A DNA stretch of 45,446 bases from an uncultured Sphingomonas sp. GTDB taxonomy: Bacteria; Pseudomonadota; Alphaproteobacteria; Sphingomonadales; Sphingomonadaceae. Below are positions 1 to 9,466 of this stretch, in pieces. The translations under genes were made by a program, and so were the position numbers. The DNA is taken from the NCBI GenBank assembly GCA_965653215.1, contig CBFGZJ010000001.1, positions 1 through 45,446 of the forward strand, written 5' to 3'. Position 1 is the first letter of the stretch, and every line of letters begins with the position of its first letter. A model generated the notes under the pieces. It did no database searches. It had not been told where the DNA came from and saw only the letters and a list, made by a program, of their open reading frames with translations.

Positions 1-816
1 GAGACTGCCGCGGCCGAGCGGATGAGCTACGTCATCATCGTCCCGGCCATGTACAATCTCTGTCTGCGTGAACCGGATTTCGCAAAGTTCGACCTGTCGC
101 ATTGGCGGGTCGGAAGCTTTGGCGGAGCGCCTATGCCGGCCAGCGTGCTTGAGACGCTTGCCGCGACGAACCCGAACCTGGCGATGCACAATGTCGACGG
201 CGCCACGGAGACGACCTCTCCAGCCGTGATCATGCCGGCTAGCGAAACACGAAGCAGGCTCGGACAAGTTGGCAAGCCGCTGTCCTATTGTGACATCGTG
301 GTCATGGATGAAAGTGGCCGTGAAGTACCGACCGGTGAGCAAGGCGAGATATGGATTTCAGGACCGAACGTCGTTCCCGGTTATTGGGGCAATGACGCGG
401 CGACCGCATCCTCAATCGTCAACGGATACTGGAAGTCGGGCGACATCGGCAGCATGGACGCAGACGGCTACCTGACCCTGCATGATCGGGTAAAGGACAT
501 GATCAATCGCGCCGGGTACAAGGTGTACTCGGTCGAGGTTGAGAACGTCCTCGCTTCCCATCCGTCGATTATCGAGGCTGGTGTGATCGGGCGCCCCTGT
601 CCTGTGCTGGGGGAGCGCGTCGAGGCCTACGTCGTGTCTGGCGATGCTCTTGACGAGGCCGAGCTTCGGCAGTTCTGCTCCCGACAACTTTCAGACTATA
701 AAGTGCCTGATCATATCTACTTCATCGATGGGGCCTTGCCGAGGAACGCCAACGGCAAGCTGATGAAGGCGGTCCTGCGCGAGTGGGATCAGGCCGCCCA
801 GCAACAAGAGCGCTGA
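1..816 (+). CDS. Class I adenylate-forming enzyme (acyl-CoA ligase family), 5'-truncated by the window edge
   Basis: Frame open from base 1; motifs GGAP, GATET, GEIWISGP, WKSGDIG, DRVKDMINRAG, LPRNANGK. Confidence 0.9.
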   Translation, partial: ETAAAERMSYVIIVPAMYNLCLREPDFAKFDLSHWRVGSFGGAPMPASVLETLAATNPNLAMHNVDGATETTSPAVIMPASETRSRLGQVGKPLSYCDIVVMDESGREVPTGEQGEIWISGPNVVPGYWGNDAATASSIVNGYWKSGDIGSMDADGYLTLHDRVKDMINRAGYKVYSVEVENVLASHPSIIEAGVIGRPCPVLGERVEAYVVSGDALDEAELRQFCSRQLSDYKVPDHIYFIDGALPRNANGKLMKAVLREWDQAAQQQER

Positions 817-829
817 TCTCCAGACCCCC

Positions 830-2155
830 TTAGCGTACCTCAAGATCCCGCGCATAGCTGCGCGACGCCGCCCAGAAGATCACGCCTCCCAATACCATCA
901 GCAGGCTGATTAGCAGCATGCTATAGCGAAGCGCCTCCTCGCCGAACCGTGCCGTGAAGAGATCACTCACAGATCCAGCCACGACCGGGCCAATCATGCT
1001 TCCGACCAGGTTGATGATGACGACCAGCATGGCGATCGCTTGCGTTCTCAATTCTGGCGGTGCGAGTCTGGCCGCGGCCGAGAACGAAGGCCCCATCCAT
1101 AGCGACGCCAGGAACGCGGTGAAGATCGAGAGGATTGCCACCCAAGGGACCTGCTGTCCCATCAGGTGAAGCGCGGCCCCGCCAGGGAGAGTGAACATGA
1201 TGACCGTGAGCGGGAAAGAGATCAGAAACCCGATAGCGGGAATCCGCAACTGCCAGCGCTGGTTGCGTGGTACCAGAGCGTCGACGATCGCGCCGCTCGC
1301 AAAGCTGCCGGCAATCCCCCCAATCGCGGCACCGATTCCCAACCATGCTCCCGCTTCCAGCATGGTCATGCCGTGCGACCGCATGAAATAAGTCGGGATC
1401 CAGACCGCGCCCGCATAGCCGTAGATATTGTAGACACCCATCCCCAAGGCGAGCAGCCGCAGAGACGGGATCTGCATACATGTCCGTATGCTGGCGATCA
1501 TCGATGGGGGTTTCGACTGGCTCGTTTGTTCCGCAAGATCCCTCCGCCGTTTGGGACCGGTCAGCCAGATCAGGATCGCTAGCGGGATTCCTGGGACGGC
1601 CAGAGCGATGAAGGCAGCCCGCCAGCCCCAGGCACCGGCGATTGCCGCTCCGCCAGCAAGGCCGAGCAGAATCCCGAAATAGGTACCCGACGAGAGAATA
1701 CCCATGGCCGTCGTTCGTCGCCGCTCGCTGAACAGATCAGCGACGAGCGATTGCGAGGGGGGCATGCCGCCGGCTTCACCCACGCCGACCACAACACGAG
1801 CCATCGCGAGTTGCCAGATATTGACCGCTATCCCGCAGGCCGCTGTCGCGATGCTCCAGGTTGCGGCAGCCACGGCGAGCACGCCGCGCCGTGACCATCG
1901 ATCGGCGAGCCGCGCCAGTGGCATGGTCAGCACGATATAGCTGACGATGAATCCGGGTCCTGCGATTAGACCGAGCAGGCTGTCGCTGACCCCGAACTCC
2001 TGCTTGATTGCTGGAATCAGGATCGAGAACAGGTGGCGGTCAGCATAGCTGAGCGTATTGGCCAGCAGCAGCAGGGTCAGAAAATAGGCAGCGTAAGCCG
2101 GAGAATGAGAAGCAGAGGAGTTCGTCCGTATACTACTCGCATCCACTGCATCCAC
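830..2155 (-). CDS. MFS transporter, spinster-like
   Basis: About 12 hydrophobic segments; YADR in TM1, motif A (ARLADRWSRR), GVGEAG. Confidence 0.88.
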   Translation of the reverse strand: MDAVDASSIRTNSSASHSPAYAAYFLTLLLLANTLSYADRHLFSILIPAIKQEFGVSDSLLGLIAGPGFIVSYIVLTMPLARLADRWSRRGVLAVAAATWSIATAACGIAVNIWQLAMARVVVGVGEAGGMPPSQSLVADLFSERRRTTAMGILSSGTYFGILLGLAGGAAIAGAWGWRAAFIALAVPGIPLAILIWLTGPKRRRDLAEQTSQSKPPSMIASIRTCMQIPSLRLLALGMGVYNIYGYAGAVWIPTYFMRSHGMTMLEAGAWLGIGAAIGGIAGSFASGAIVDALVPRNQRWQLRIPAIGFLISFPLTVIMFTLPGGAALHLMGQQVPWVAILSIFTAFLASLWMGPSFSAAARLAPPELRTQAIAMLVVIINLVGSMIGPVVAGSVSDLFTARFGEEALRYSMLLISLLMVLGGVIFWAASRSYARDLEVR

Positions 2156-2226
2156 TCCGCTTTTGTTTTATGGCCGCAGTGAACGCGATTAACGACGTGA
2201 TTGCAAACCACAACCGACGCAGATGA

Positions 2227-4497
2227 TTACGGCTTAATGGTCTGCTGTCTCAGCCGGGCCGAGGCCGTCAGGACGGGTGCTTCGGCCGATGTGCCGACCT
2301 CCACTTGATAGGTGCTATCGGCAACGACCCACCGACGTTGCGTGGCGTCAAAGCTCGCAAGGATCCGCGGGTCGGCAGTGACGCGCACTTCCCGAGATTC
2401 GCCCGGCTTCAACGTTGGACGTCCCCAGCCGATCAGCCGCTTGGGCTTGCCGGGAGTTCGAACATAGACTTGCGCGACGTCTGCGCCGGCACGCTGGCCG
2501 GTGTTCTGCACGGTGAAGCGCACCTCCAGCCGATCTCCGTCCGTAATCTTCAGACCGTTATAGCGGAAGCTCGTGTAGCTGAGACCGTGTCCAAATGCAT
2601 AAAGCGGCTTGCGCTTGGTTCGATCGAACCAGCGGTATCCCACGTCGGAGCCTTCGGGATAGCTGAAGGAGAATGGCACCTTGTCGGCCTGCGTGCCGTA
2701 ATTGGCTTTCTCCGCATTGGTCGGTGCCGGAACATCCCATCCTGGCAGCTTGGGCAGTGGCAATTGATCGAGGGAGGCCGGCCAGGTCAGCGGGAGGTGG
2801 CCAGATGGATTGACCGATCCTGCGAGGACTCGGGCGATCGCGTCACCGCCACGCTGGCCGGGATACCACGCAACCAGTACTGCCGGTACCTGCTCGATCC
2901 ACGGCATCGCGACCGGGTTGCCGGTTTCGAGAACAACCACCGTATTGCGGTTGGCCTTGGCAACCCTGCTGATCAGCTCATCCTGGCCAGCGCCAAGACT
3001 CAGATCGCTCGCGTCCGTAGATTCGAGGAACCATTTTTCCGCAAACACGACGGCAACGTCGGCTTTTGCTGCCAAGGCTGCTGCGGCGGCGGGGTCGGTG
3101 CCGTCGGCGAAATCAACCGCAGCGTTGGGAAACGCAGCCTTGATCGCGCTCAAGGGCGGCGTGCCCCCATAGCCGCGCTTAATGAACGCGAGCAGACCTT
3201 CGCCTTTGACCCGTTCTTCCAATTTCAATCCGCCGACGGGGATTACTTGGCTGGACCCGCCACCGATCAATACGCCGATGTCGGCATGTCCTCCGATCAC
3301 CGCAATTCTTTTGGCGCTCGACGCCAGCGGAAGCACGCCCCGTTCATTGCGGAGAAGAACGAGACCCGCCTCCGCCTGAGCCAAGGCAACTTCTGAGTTG
3401 GCCTTATAATCGATGGGCGTGCCCGCGACGGGTGGGGACTCAACCAAGCCATGCGCGAACATCGCCCGCAAGATCCTGCGGACTGCAGCGTCCACCTTCG
3501 ACTGCGGAATCTGCCCTGCTGCCAAGGCCTGCTCCAGCTCGGGCCCGAAGAACCGCTTGCGATCGAGCTGATAGCCCGACTGCTGGTCCAGTCCCGCCTC
3601 CAGTGCGCCCGCCGAATGGACGGAGCCCCAATCCGACATCACGAAACCGTCGAATCCCCAATCGCGCCTGAGCACGTCCGTGAGGAGGAATCTATTCTCG
3701 CAGGCGTAGATCGAATTGACCTTGTTGTAGGCGCACATGACTGAGCCGGGGCGGCCGATCTCGGTCGCGATCTGAAACGCGAGCAGTTCGCTTTCGCGCA
3801 TCGGCGCTTCCGCCATGTCGACGGAGTGAACGTTCCGCCCAGTCTCTTGGTTATTGAGCGCGAAATGCTTGATCGTTGAGATGATGTTGTTGCTCTGAAT
3901 TCCCGCAATCGCCCGACCACCCAGAACGCCGGTCAGCAGCGGGTCTTCGCTGATATATTCGAAATTCCGGCCAGCTCTGGGATCGCGAATGAGGTTTACC
4001 CCGCCGCCGAGCATCACGCCGAAGCCCTTTGCTCGGGCCTCGGAGCCGATCATGGCCCCGCCGCGGTAAGCCAGTTCCGGGTCCCACGAAGAGCCAAGCG
4101 CAAGTGAGGAGGGCAGCGCGGTCGCGACATCGCCTTTCCGCTGATGCCCGAGGTTCGCCACCCCAAGGCTGGCATCAGTTTCCGCAACCCCAGGGATTCC
4201 CAGACGAGGCACGCCTGAAATGTGGCCGGCGCCGATGGGCAGGGGCGCTCGCTTCGACTGCGGGACCATTAATGGCATGGGGACGCTCAGAAGGTCGAGC
4301 TTCTCTTGCTGCGTCATCGCTTTCAGGGCGGCATCCGCTCTAGCATCCGGAGATAGTGACGCATCCAACCAAGGACCGCTGATCTTTCCAGCAACCGTGG
4401 GCTGGCTCCGCACGGGGGAATGTATCGAAAGCATTGCAGCGCTGCCGACGATCACAGCGGTTGCCAGTTTGAGTCGTGAATGCGTGATCATGTTCAT
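2227..4497 (-). CDS. Secreted GH3 beta-glucosidase family protein
   Basis: GRNFEYISEDP, KHF, nucleophile motif SDW, C-terminal Fn3-like domain. Start moved to ATG 4497 (GAGGA RBS upstream, signal-peptide-like N-terminus). Confidence 0.9.
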   Translation of the reverse strand: MNMITHSRLKLATAVIVGSAAMLSIHSPVRSQPTVAGKISGPWLDASLSPDARADAALKAMTQQEKLDLLSVPMPLMVPQSKRAPLPIGAGHISGVPRLGIPGVAETDASLGVANLGHQRKGDVATALPSSLALGSSWDPELAYRGGAMIGSEARAKGFGVMLGGGVNLIRDPRAGRNFEYISEDPLLTGVLGGRAIAGIQSNNIISTIKHFALNNQETGRNVHSVDMAEAPMRESELLAFQIATEIGRPGSVMCAYNKVNSIYACENRFLLTDVLRRDWGFDGFVMSDWGSVHSAGALEAGLDQQSGYQLDRKRFFGPELEQALAAGQIPQSKVDAAVRRILRAMFAHGLVESPPVAGTPIDYKANSEVALAQAEAGLVLLRNERGVLPLASSAKRIAVIGGHADIGVLIGGGSSQVIPVGGLKLEERVKGEGLLAFIKRGYGGTPPLSAIKAAFPNAAVDFADGTDPAAAAALAAKADVAVVFAEKWFLESTDASDLSLGAGQDELISRVAKANRNTVVVLETGNPVAMPWIEQVPAVLVAWYPGQRGGDAIARVLAGSVNPSGHLPLTWPASLDQLPLPKLPGWDVPAPTNAEKANYGTQADKVPFSFSYPEGSDVGYRWFDRTKRKPLYAFGHGLSYTSFRYNGLKITDGDRLEVRFTVQNTGQRAGADVAQVYVRTPGKPKRLIGWGRPTLKPGESREVRVTADPRILASFDATQRRWVVADSTYQVEVGTSAEAPVLTASARLRQQTIKP

Positions 4498-4557
4498 CGA
4501 CCGTCCTCTTCCTGATGGGCGGGTTCTAAGTGACAGCAGTGTGACCGGCAAACTCAA

Positions 4558-4579
4558 TATCGTACGGATTGGTTCGATA
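4558..4579. promoter_or_regulatory. Candidate TetR operator (imperfect palindrome)
   Basis: TATCGTAC-ggattg-GTTCGATA between the divergent GH3 and TetR genes. Confidence 0.5.
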
Positions 4580-4654
4580 ATATCGGTTCCGGTCCTTCCA
4601 AAAACACCGAAGCTGTGGTTAGCTTGCGTCAATGATTGCCCACTGGAATATAGG

Positions 4655-5305
4655 TTGAAGATCCAGCAGTCGAACCACTCGACAGGTCCATCACGCCGTG
4701 GACGTCCTACCAAGGCTCAGGCACAGGCAATTGATAGCGCTATCTTGGACGCGGCTTCGCGGCGCTTTCTCTCGACCGGCTATCACTCCACCTCCATGGA
4801 GCAGGTTGCTGCCGAAGCGCGAGTGTCCAAGGGTACGTTGTACGCGCGGTTTGCCACGAAGGACGTCCTGCTCCGCGCTGTCGTGGAGGAGAAAGTTCAG
4901 TCCTGGTCCGATGCTTCCAGCAGTCAGCAAGTGTCCCTTGGTGTGGACTTGCATGAACGGCTCACTCACCATGCGAGAACGATCATGTCGTACCTTGCTT
5001 CTGAGGATGTCGGACGGATGGAGGCGCTGATTATGGGCGGCCCCGGCTTCCCTCAGCTCGCCTCACTGATGCATGAGATTGGCTTCAATTTCACTGTTAA
5101 CATGCTTGCCGAGGATATCCGCAATTTCACCCCTGCTACCCACGCTTTGGGGCTCGCACCTGAACGCGTTGCGGAGATAATGCTGTCGGCGATGTGGGGC
5201 TGGTACCGCGCGGAGGCGATGGTGAGGAAAGTCGATCTAGAGGAGGCGATGGCCTACGCCCAGAGTGTGGTTGATCTGGTGGTGGCCGGCCGCTCGTTAT
5301 CGTGA
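4655..5305 (+). CDS. TetR/AcrR family transcriptional regulator
   Basis: RGRP...ILDAA...GYHSTSMEQVAAEARVSKGTLYARFATKDVL HTH. Start at TTG 4655 is uncertain. Confidence 0.88.
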   Translation: MKIQQSNHSTGPSRRGRPTKAQAQAIDSAILDAASRRFLSTGYHSTSMEQVAAEARVSKGTLYARFATKDVLLRAVVEEKVQSWSDASSSQQVSLGVDLHERLTHHARTIMSYLASEDVGRMEALIMGGPGFPQLASLMHEIGFNFTVNMLAEDIRNFTPATHALGLAPERVAEIMLSAMWGWYRAEAMVRKVDLEEAMAYAQSVVDLVVAGRSLS

Positions 5306-5326
5306 GCCGCTGCACCCATGCATGAA

Positions 5327-5361
5327 AAATGCCGCGCCGGGGGACTCCCGGCGCGGCATTT
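5327..5361. terminator. Probable bidirectional intrinsic terminator
   Basis: AAATGCCGCGCCGGG-ggact-CCCGGCGCGGCATTT between convergent genes, with A/T tracts at both ends. Confidence 0.8.
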
Positions 5362-5381
5362 CGAAGCCAACTTCTTTGAAG

Positions 5382-5678
5382 TTACTTCTTCGCCGGAAGC
5401 TTCGCCAGATCGGCGTCGATCGCTGCCAGAAGCTTGTCGGTGATCTGGTCCGGCGAGTATTGCTGGATGTCCTTCAGCGTCATCGCTCGGGCCATCTCGA
5501 TCTGATCGTTGGTGGCCAACTCCGGGATATGCTTCACCAGCACCGCCTTGGCAGCTGCGTCGTCGAGAAGCGTTCCGATTTCGGTGGTCGACGAACTGTA
5601 AGTCGCAGACTGAGCCGACGCGACAGTCGGGGCGGTCATGAGGGCCGCCGCAGCAGCGATAAAAGCGAGTTTGCGCAT
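5382..5678 (-). CDS. Small secreted helical protein of unknown function (98 aa)
   Basis: MRKLAFIAAAAALMTAPTVASA-Q Sec signal peptide; GGAGA RBS; terminator follows the stop. Confidence 0.8.
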   Translation of the reverse strand: MRKLAFIAAAAALMTAPTVASAQSATYSSSTTEIGTLLDDAAAKAVLVKHIPELATNDQIEMARAMTLKDIQQYSPDQITDKLLAAIDADLAKLPAKK

Positions 5679-5781
5679 ATTCGAATCTCTCCAAAGGCCG
5701 AGTCGGCTGGACGGTGAAATACCGTTATCTTGCTTTCTGCACAATGAACTAATCGAACGCGGCCGTTTGCTTTATTGATGC

Positions 5782-6549
5782 CTAGCTGTGGCAACCACCG
5801 TCGACCCGCACCACCTCGCCATTGATGAATGCTCCATCGTCCGACGCCAGCATCGCAATGAGACCGGCGACCTTCGACGGGTCCCCATATTCGCCATTGG
5901 GCCGCATCAGGTGAGCGAACAGGGACATGTCGGGATTGTCGGGGAAGCCGCCGGCGCCCATGGCCGCGGTCATCGGCGTCGCGATTCCGCCGGGAGCAAC
6001 CGCGTTCACCCGGACTCCTCTGTTCATATATTCCCACGCCAGCGTGTGCGTCAGCGCGGCGACTCCTCCTTTACTGGCCGCATAGGCAGCCATGTAGGGG
6101 TGGCCGAAAAAGGAAGAAGTGGACGCCGCATTGACGATGTTCCCTTTCGTTTCCAGCAGGTGTGGCAACGCTTCGCGGCAGCTGAGGAAGGTTCCGACGA
6201 GATTGATCTGTAAGATGCGCGTGAAATTCTCCACCGTCTCCTCAGTCGAGTGAACGGCTCTGAGGACCCCGGCCATGTTGATCAGCACGTCGAGCTTCCC
6301 GGCTGTTCCAATGAACTTCGAAAAGACCTCTTTGATCGCGGCCTCGTCCGTGACCGAGGCAACGGCGTAGGACGCAGAACCAGACCCGCTGGCCTGATCG
6401 ACAGCCTCTTTCAGTCCATCCTCGTTGAGGTCGACGCCGAGCACAGTCGCACCCTCCGCGACTAGCCGGCAAAGCGTCGCTCGCCCAATTCCCGTGGCAG
6501 CACCAGTGATGATCGCCGCCTTGCCTGCAAACCGCTCAAGTCCACTCAT
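5782..6549 (-). CDS. Short-chain dehydrogenase/reductase (SDR)
   Basis: TGAATGIG, NMAG, YAASK, VNAVAPG, VDGG. Start reassigned to ATG 6549. Confidence 0.92.
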   Translation of the reverse strand: MSGLERFAGKAAIITGAATGIGRATLCRLVAEGATVLGVDLNEDGLKEAVDQASGSGSASYAVASVTDEAAIKEVFSKFIGTAGKLDVLINMAGVLRAVHSTEETVENFTRILQINLVGTFLSCREALPHLLETKGNIVNAASTSSFFGHPYMAAYAASKGGVAALTHTLAWEYMNRGVRVNAVAPGGIATPMTAAMGAGGFPDNPDMSLFAHLMRPNGEYGDPSKVAGLIAMLASDDGAFINGEVVRVDGGCHS

Positions 6550-6598
6550 TGAAAATCTTCCCTCAGCTGATCCTATCCACTGCCACGAGCGATGAGTT

Positions 6599-7594
6599 TC
6601 AACCGCCCGTGACCTCAATCACGATTTTGCCCCGTACATGCCCCGCTTCGCTTTGTCTGTGGGCCTCGGCGATGTCCTGCAACGGCATGATTACCGCGAC
6701 CGGGGGCCGAACCGCTCCGCGAGCAACGAGCTCAGCCAGGCCCGCGAGGTGAACGGGAAGGCGCTCGATCGCCACCATGTTGGACTTGATCGTGACCCCT
6801 AGACTGGCGGCGGCCTGCTTCTCTTCGGCGCCCGCTTCGGAGATGAGAGTCTCGATCTCGACGAACGTGCCGCCCGGGCGGACCAATTCGGTCGCGTGCG
6901 GGAGGATGCTGTCCAGACCGACTGCGTCGAGAACCAAGTCGAACCCGCCCGATGCGAAGTCCCGGGCCTCCGCCAGCATGTTGCCGCCGCGGTAATCAAT
7001 GGCGAAATCCGCACCGAGATTTTGCACATAGTCGACGTTTGCGGGTGAACAGGTGGCGGCGATCCGCGCTCCCACCGCACGCGCAATCTGGATGGCGATG
7101 GAACCGACGCCGCCCGCGCCGCCATTGATCAGAACTGATTGGCCTGCCTTTAGGCCACCAACGTCGACCAAACCGCCGAAGGCCGTCGTTCCGGCAGTTG
7201 GCAAGGCCGCAGCCTCGGCTAGCGAAATGCCCTCCGGTAGCGGAGCAAGCATCCATTCCGAAGCGATGCAATATTCAGCATAGGAGCCGTCGAGGCCCTG
7301 CCCTTGTCGGGACGTGCCGAAAACCCGATCACCCGGCCGGAACTTCGTCACGCCAGGGCCGACCTCCGCGACGGTCCCGGCGAGATCGAACCCGAGGACG
7401 AACGGGAAATGATAGTCGATATACTTGCTTAGCAGGCCACGCCGGGCCTTGCAGTCCGCTGGATTCACGCTCGTGAAGCCAACTTGGACCAAGACCTCAC
7501 CCTCGCCAGGCTTCGGGCGCCGGATGTCGCCCCAGTGGAGGACTTCGGGCGGTCCGAATCGATCGATCACCATCGCACGCATCGTCTGGTCCAC
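6599..7594 (-). CDS. NADP-dependent oxidoreductase (MDR/quinone oxidoreductase-like)
   Basis: FGPPEVL, VNPAD, GGAGGVG, GHVRGKIV. Alternative start ATG 7582. Confidence 0.9.
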   Translation of the reverse strand: MDQTMRAMVIDRFGPPEVLHWGDIRRPKPGEGEVLVQVGFTSVNPADCKARRGLLSKYIDYHFPFVLGFDLAGTVAEVGPGVTKFRPGDRVFGTSRQGQGLDGSYAEYCIASEWMLAPLPEGISLAEAAALPTAGTTAFGGLVDVGGLKAGQSVLINGGAGGVGSIAIQIARAVGARIAATCSPANVDYVQNLGADFAIDYRGGNMLAEARDFASGGFDLVLDAVGLDSILPHATELVRPGGTFVEIETLISEAGAEEKQAAASLGVTIKSNMVAIERLPVHLAGLAELVARGAVRPPVAVIMPLQDIAEAHRQSEAGHVRGKIVIEVTGG

Positions 7595-7640
7595 TTCACG
7601 AATGGATCGGAGGAGGGAATAGCAGCTGTGATGTGTTGAG

Positions 7641-7716
7641 TGGTGCCCAGGGACGGAATCGAACCGCCGACACTGCGATTTTCAGTCGCATGCTCTACCA
7701 ACTGAGCTACCTGGGC
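7641..7716 (-). tRNA. tRNA-Phe (GAA)
   Basis: GCCCAGG acceptor stem, anticodon arm TGCGA-CTGAAAA-TCGCA, GGTTCGATT T-loop, encoded CCA. Confidence 0.98.
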
Positions 7717-7756
7717 TCCCGAGCGAAACGGACGTTCCGATCAAGCGACGCGCTCC

Positions 7757-7933
7757 CTAACTGTCGCTATGGCCGCTGTCCACCCCGTCCGCTGAGGGAC
7801 CGGGAACGCGATAGCCCTCATCCAACCAGCGCAGCAGGTCGCGGTCCTTGCATCCGCGCGAACAGAACGGAGCTTGAGCGGGCACCGATGGCTTTCCACA
7901 AGTGGGGCAGGGCTTAGGTCCGCTGTTCGGCAT
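7757..7933 (-). CDS. yacG: DNA gyrase inhibitor YacG
   Basis: CPTCGK...PFCSRGCKDRDLLRW zinc finger; typical position upstream of tRNA-Phe. Confidence 0.9.
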   Translation of the reverse strand: MPNSGPKPCPTCGKPSVPAQAPFCSRGCKDRDLLRWLDEGYRVPGPSADGVDSGHSDS

Positions 7934-8879
7934 AGCCGCCAGACATGGCGAGCCCTGGAACGGTTCGCAAGGTGACCTCGCCGCCAACCTCCCGGGCGAG
8001 TTGATCCAGCCAACCACGATTTCGCTCCAGCGCAGCGATGACTGCCGGATGCGCGGCAAGGCGGATCATTCCACTGGCCTTGGCGGCTTGGCGGAGCAGC
8101 GCACGCGCCTCGGCATTTGCGCGGTCGGCATAGAGTTCCACCAATGACGCAGACCGGCGCGGGCGGACGACCTGAACGAAGCCGAAGCCGTTGACGGCGG
8201 TCCGCTCAAACGGAACATCGCCGAGAGAGGCGTCGAGCGCGGCAGCAGCGGCCTGCCGCGATGATTTTCCAGACGTGGTCGGAAGGTCGATCCCGATGGA
8301 GCCTTCGATCCCGAGCCGCCTGATGGCTGCTCCAGCGGCCTCAGCGCCTGACCTCGCGAGTTGCTCCGACGGGAGGAACCCATCCACGTCGATTAATGTC
8401 ATCGCGGGAGTTGGGGAGATACGCAGCTCGCCGCCCGGAAATCGCACCAGCCCGCTTGCGGCTTCGCCCAGCAGGTCGAGCCAACCAGTCTCTTCGAACA
8501 GGTCATTTGCGTGAAAATGGAAAGGCACTTCACGCGCCCCCAACTGCTCGGCCAGGTCGATCACCGCCAGTTCCGCATCAGTGGCTCGACCGATCATCCT
8601 CTTCCACGGCTCAAGGCCCGGAATGGATTCCCGCAGGATCTCGAGACGAAACGGCTGACCTTCGCTGATGCCGCTAGGCCTGACCGGAAGCAGTGCCTCG
8701 CGGCCATCCGCCAGACGTGCCACCGCGTTCCGGCCATTGCTGCCAATGCTGACTAGCGTTGCGGGGACCACAGAGCCTGCCGGAATGACTTCGTCGAGCT
8801 GAATGCGCGCCTCGATGATTGCGCCGCCGCTCACCAGGATGGCGCGGGTTTCACCGATGCCGCGCTCGATCAGCCATTC
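7914..8879 (-). CDS. Ribonuclease E/G family-like protein (short form); start uncertain, first canonical start is GTG 8834
   Basis: TPAMTLIDVDG and GSIGIDLP motifs; position between maf and yacG; plausible N-terminus EWLIERGIGETRA in frame from 8879. Confidence 0.75.
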   Translation of the reverse strand, partial: EWLIERGIGETRAILVSGGAIIEARIQLDEVIPAGSVVPATLVSIGSNGRNAVARLADGREALLPVRPSGISEGQPFRLEILRESIPGLEPWKRMIGRATDAELAVIDLAEQLGAREVPFHFHANDLFEETGWLDLLGEAASGLVRFPGGELRISPTPAMTLIDVDGFLPSEQLARSGAEAAGAAIRRLGIEGSIGIDLPTTSGKSSRQAAAAALDASLGDVPFERTAVNGFGFVQVVRPRRSASLVELYADRANAEARALLRQAAKASGMIRLAAHPAVIAALERNRGWLDQLAREVGGEVTLRTVPGLAMSGGYAEQRT

Positions 8880-9450
8880 ACGGGAGGGGATAACCCGCCC
8901 CTTTCAGCATCGACCGAGTCTCCGCCAGAGGAAGACCCACGACGTTCGAGTAGCTTCCGGCGATGTGGCGAACATAAACCTCGCCATAACCCTGGAGAGC
9001 ATAGCCGCCGGCTTTCCCGCGCCACTCACCATGACTGGCGTAATAATCGATTTCCTCGGCCGAGAGTCGCTTGATCGCGATCATGGTTTCGACCACTCGA
9101 CTGAGGACTTGGCCCTGTGGAGTTGCGAGCGCGACCCCAGTCATCACACGGTGCCGCCGTCCGGACAGAAGGTCCATGCAGCGTCGCAGCGTGGCCTCAT
9201 CTTCCACCTTGGGGAGAATGCGGCGACCGACCGCGACGACAGTGTCCGCTGCCAGCACCATGGCATCGGGTTCACGTTCGGCTACGACCGCAGCCTTCTC
9301 GCGCGCCAGTCTCTCCGCATGCGCGCGTGGAAGTTCCCCCCTCGCCACCGACTCGTCGATGTCGGCGGGGACCACGGCGTCAGGGCTGACGCCGATGCGG
9401 TTCAGCAGGTCGATCCGGCGCGGACTTGCCGACGCTAGAACCAGTCGCAC
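8878..9450 (-). CDS. maf: Maf family nucleoside triphosphate pyrophosphatase
   Basis: LVLASASPRR, ADTVV, KAGGY, GSYSNVVGLP. Confidence 0.95.
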   Translation of the reverse strand: MRLVLASASPRRIDLLNRIGVSPDAVVPADIDESVARGELPRAHAERLAREKAAVVAEREPDAMVLAADTVVAVGRRILPKVEDEATLRRCMDLLSGRRHRVMTGVALATPQGQVLSRVVETMIAIKRLSAEEIDYYASHGEWRGKAGGYALQGYGEVYVRHIAGSYSNVVGLPLAETRSMLKGAGYPLP

Positions 9451-9466
9451 GGGCTGGACGCCTCAA

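Noticed and set aside
4220-4713. Apparent head-to-head overlap of the GH3 and TetR ORFs
   Set aside because: Artefact of longest-ORF calling; plausible starts at 4497 and about 4655 leave a normal divergent intergenic region
7633-7917. ORFs overlapping tRNA genes (also 40259-40447 and 40352-40669)
   Set aside because: Spurious translations across tRNA sequences
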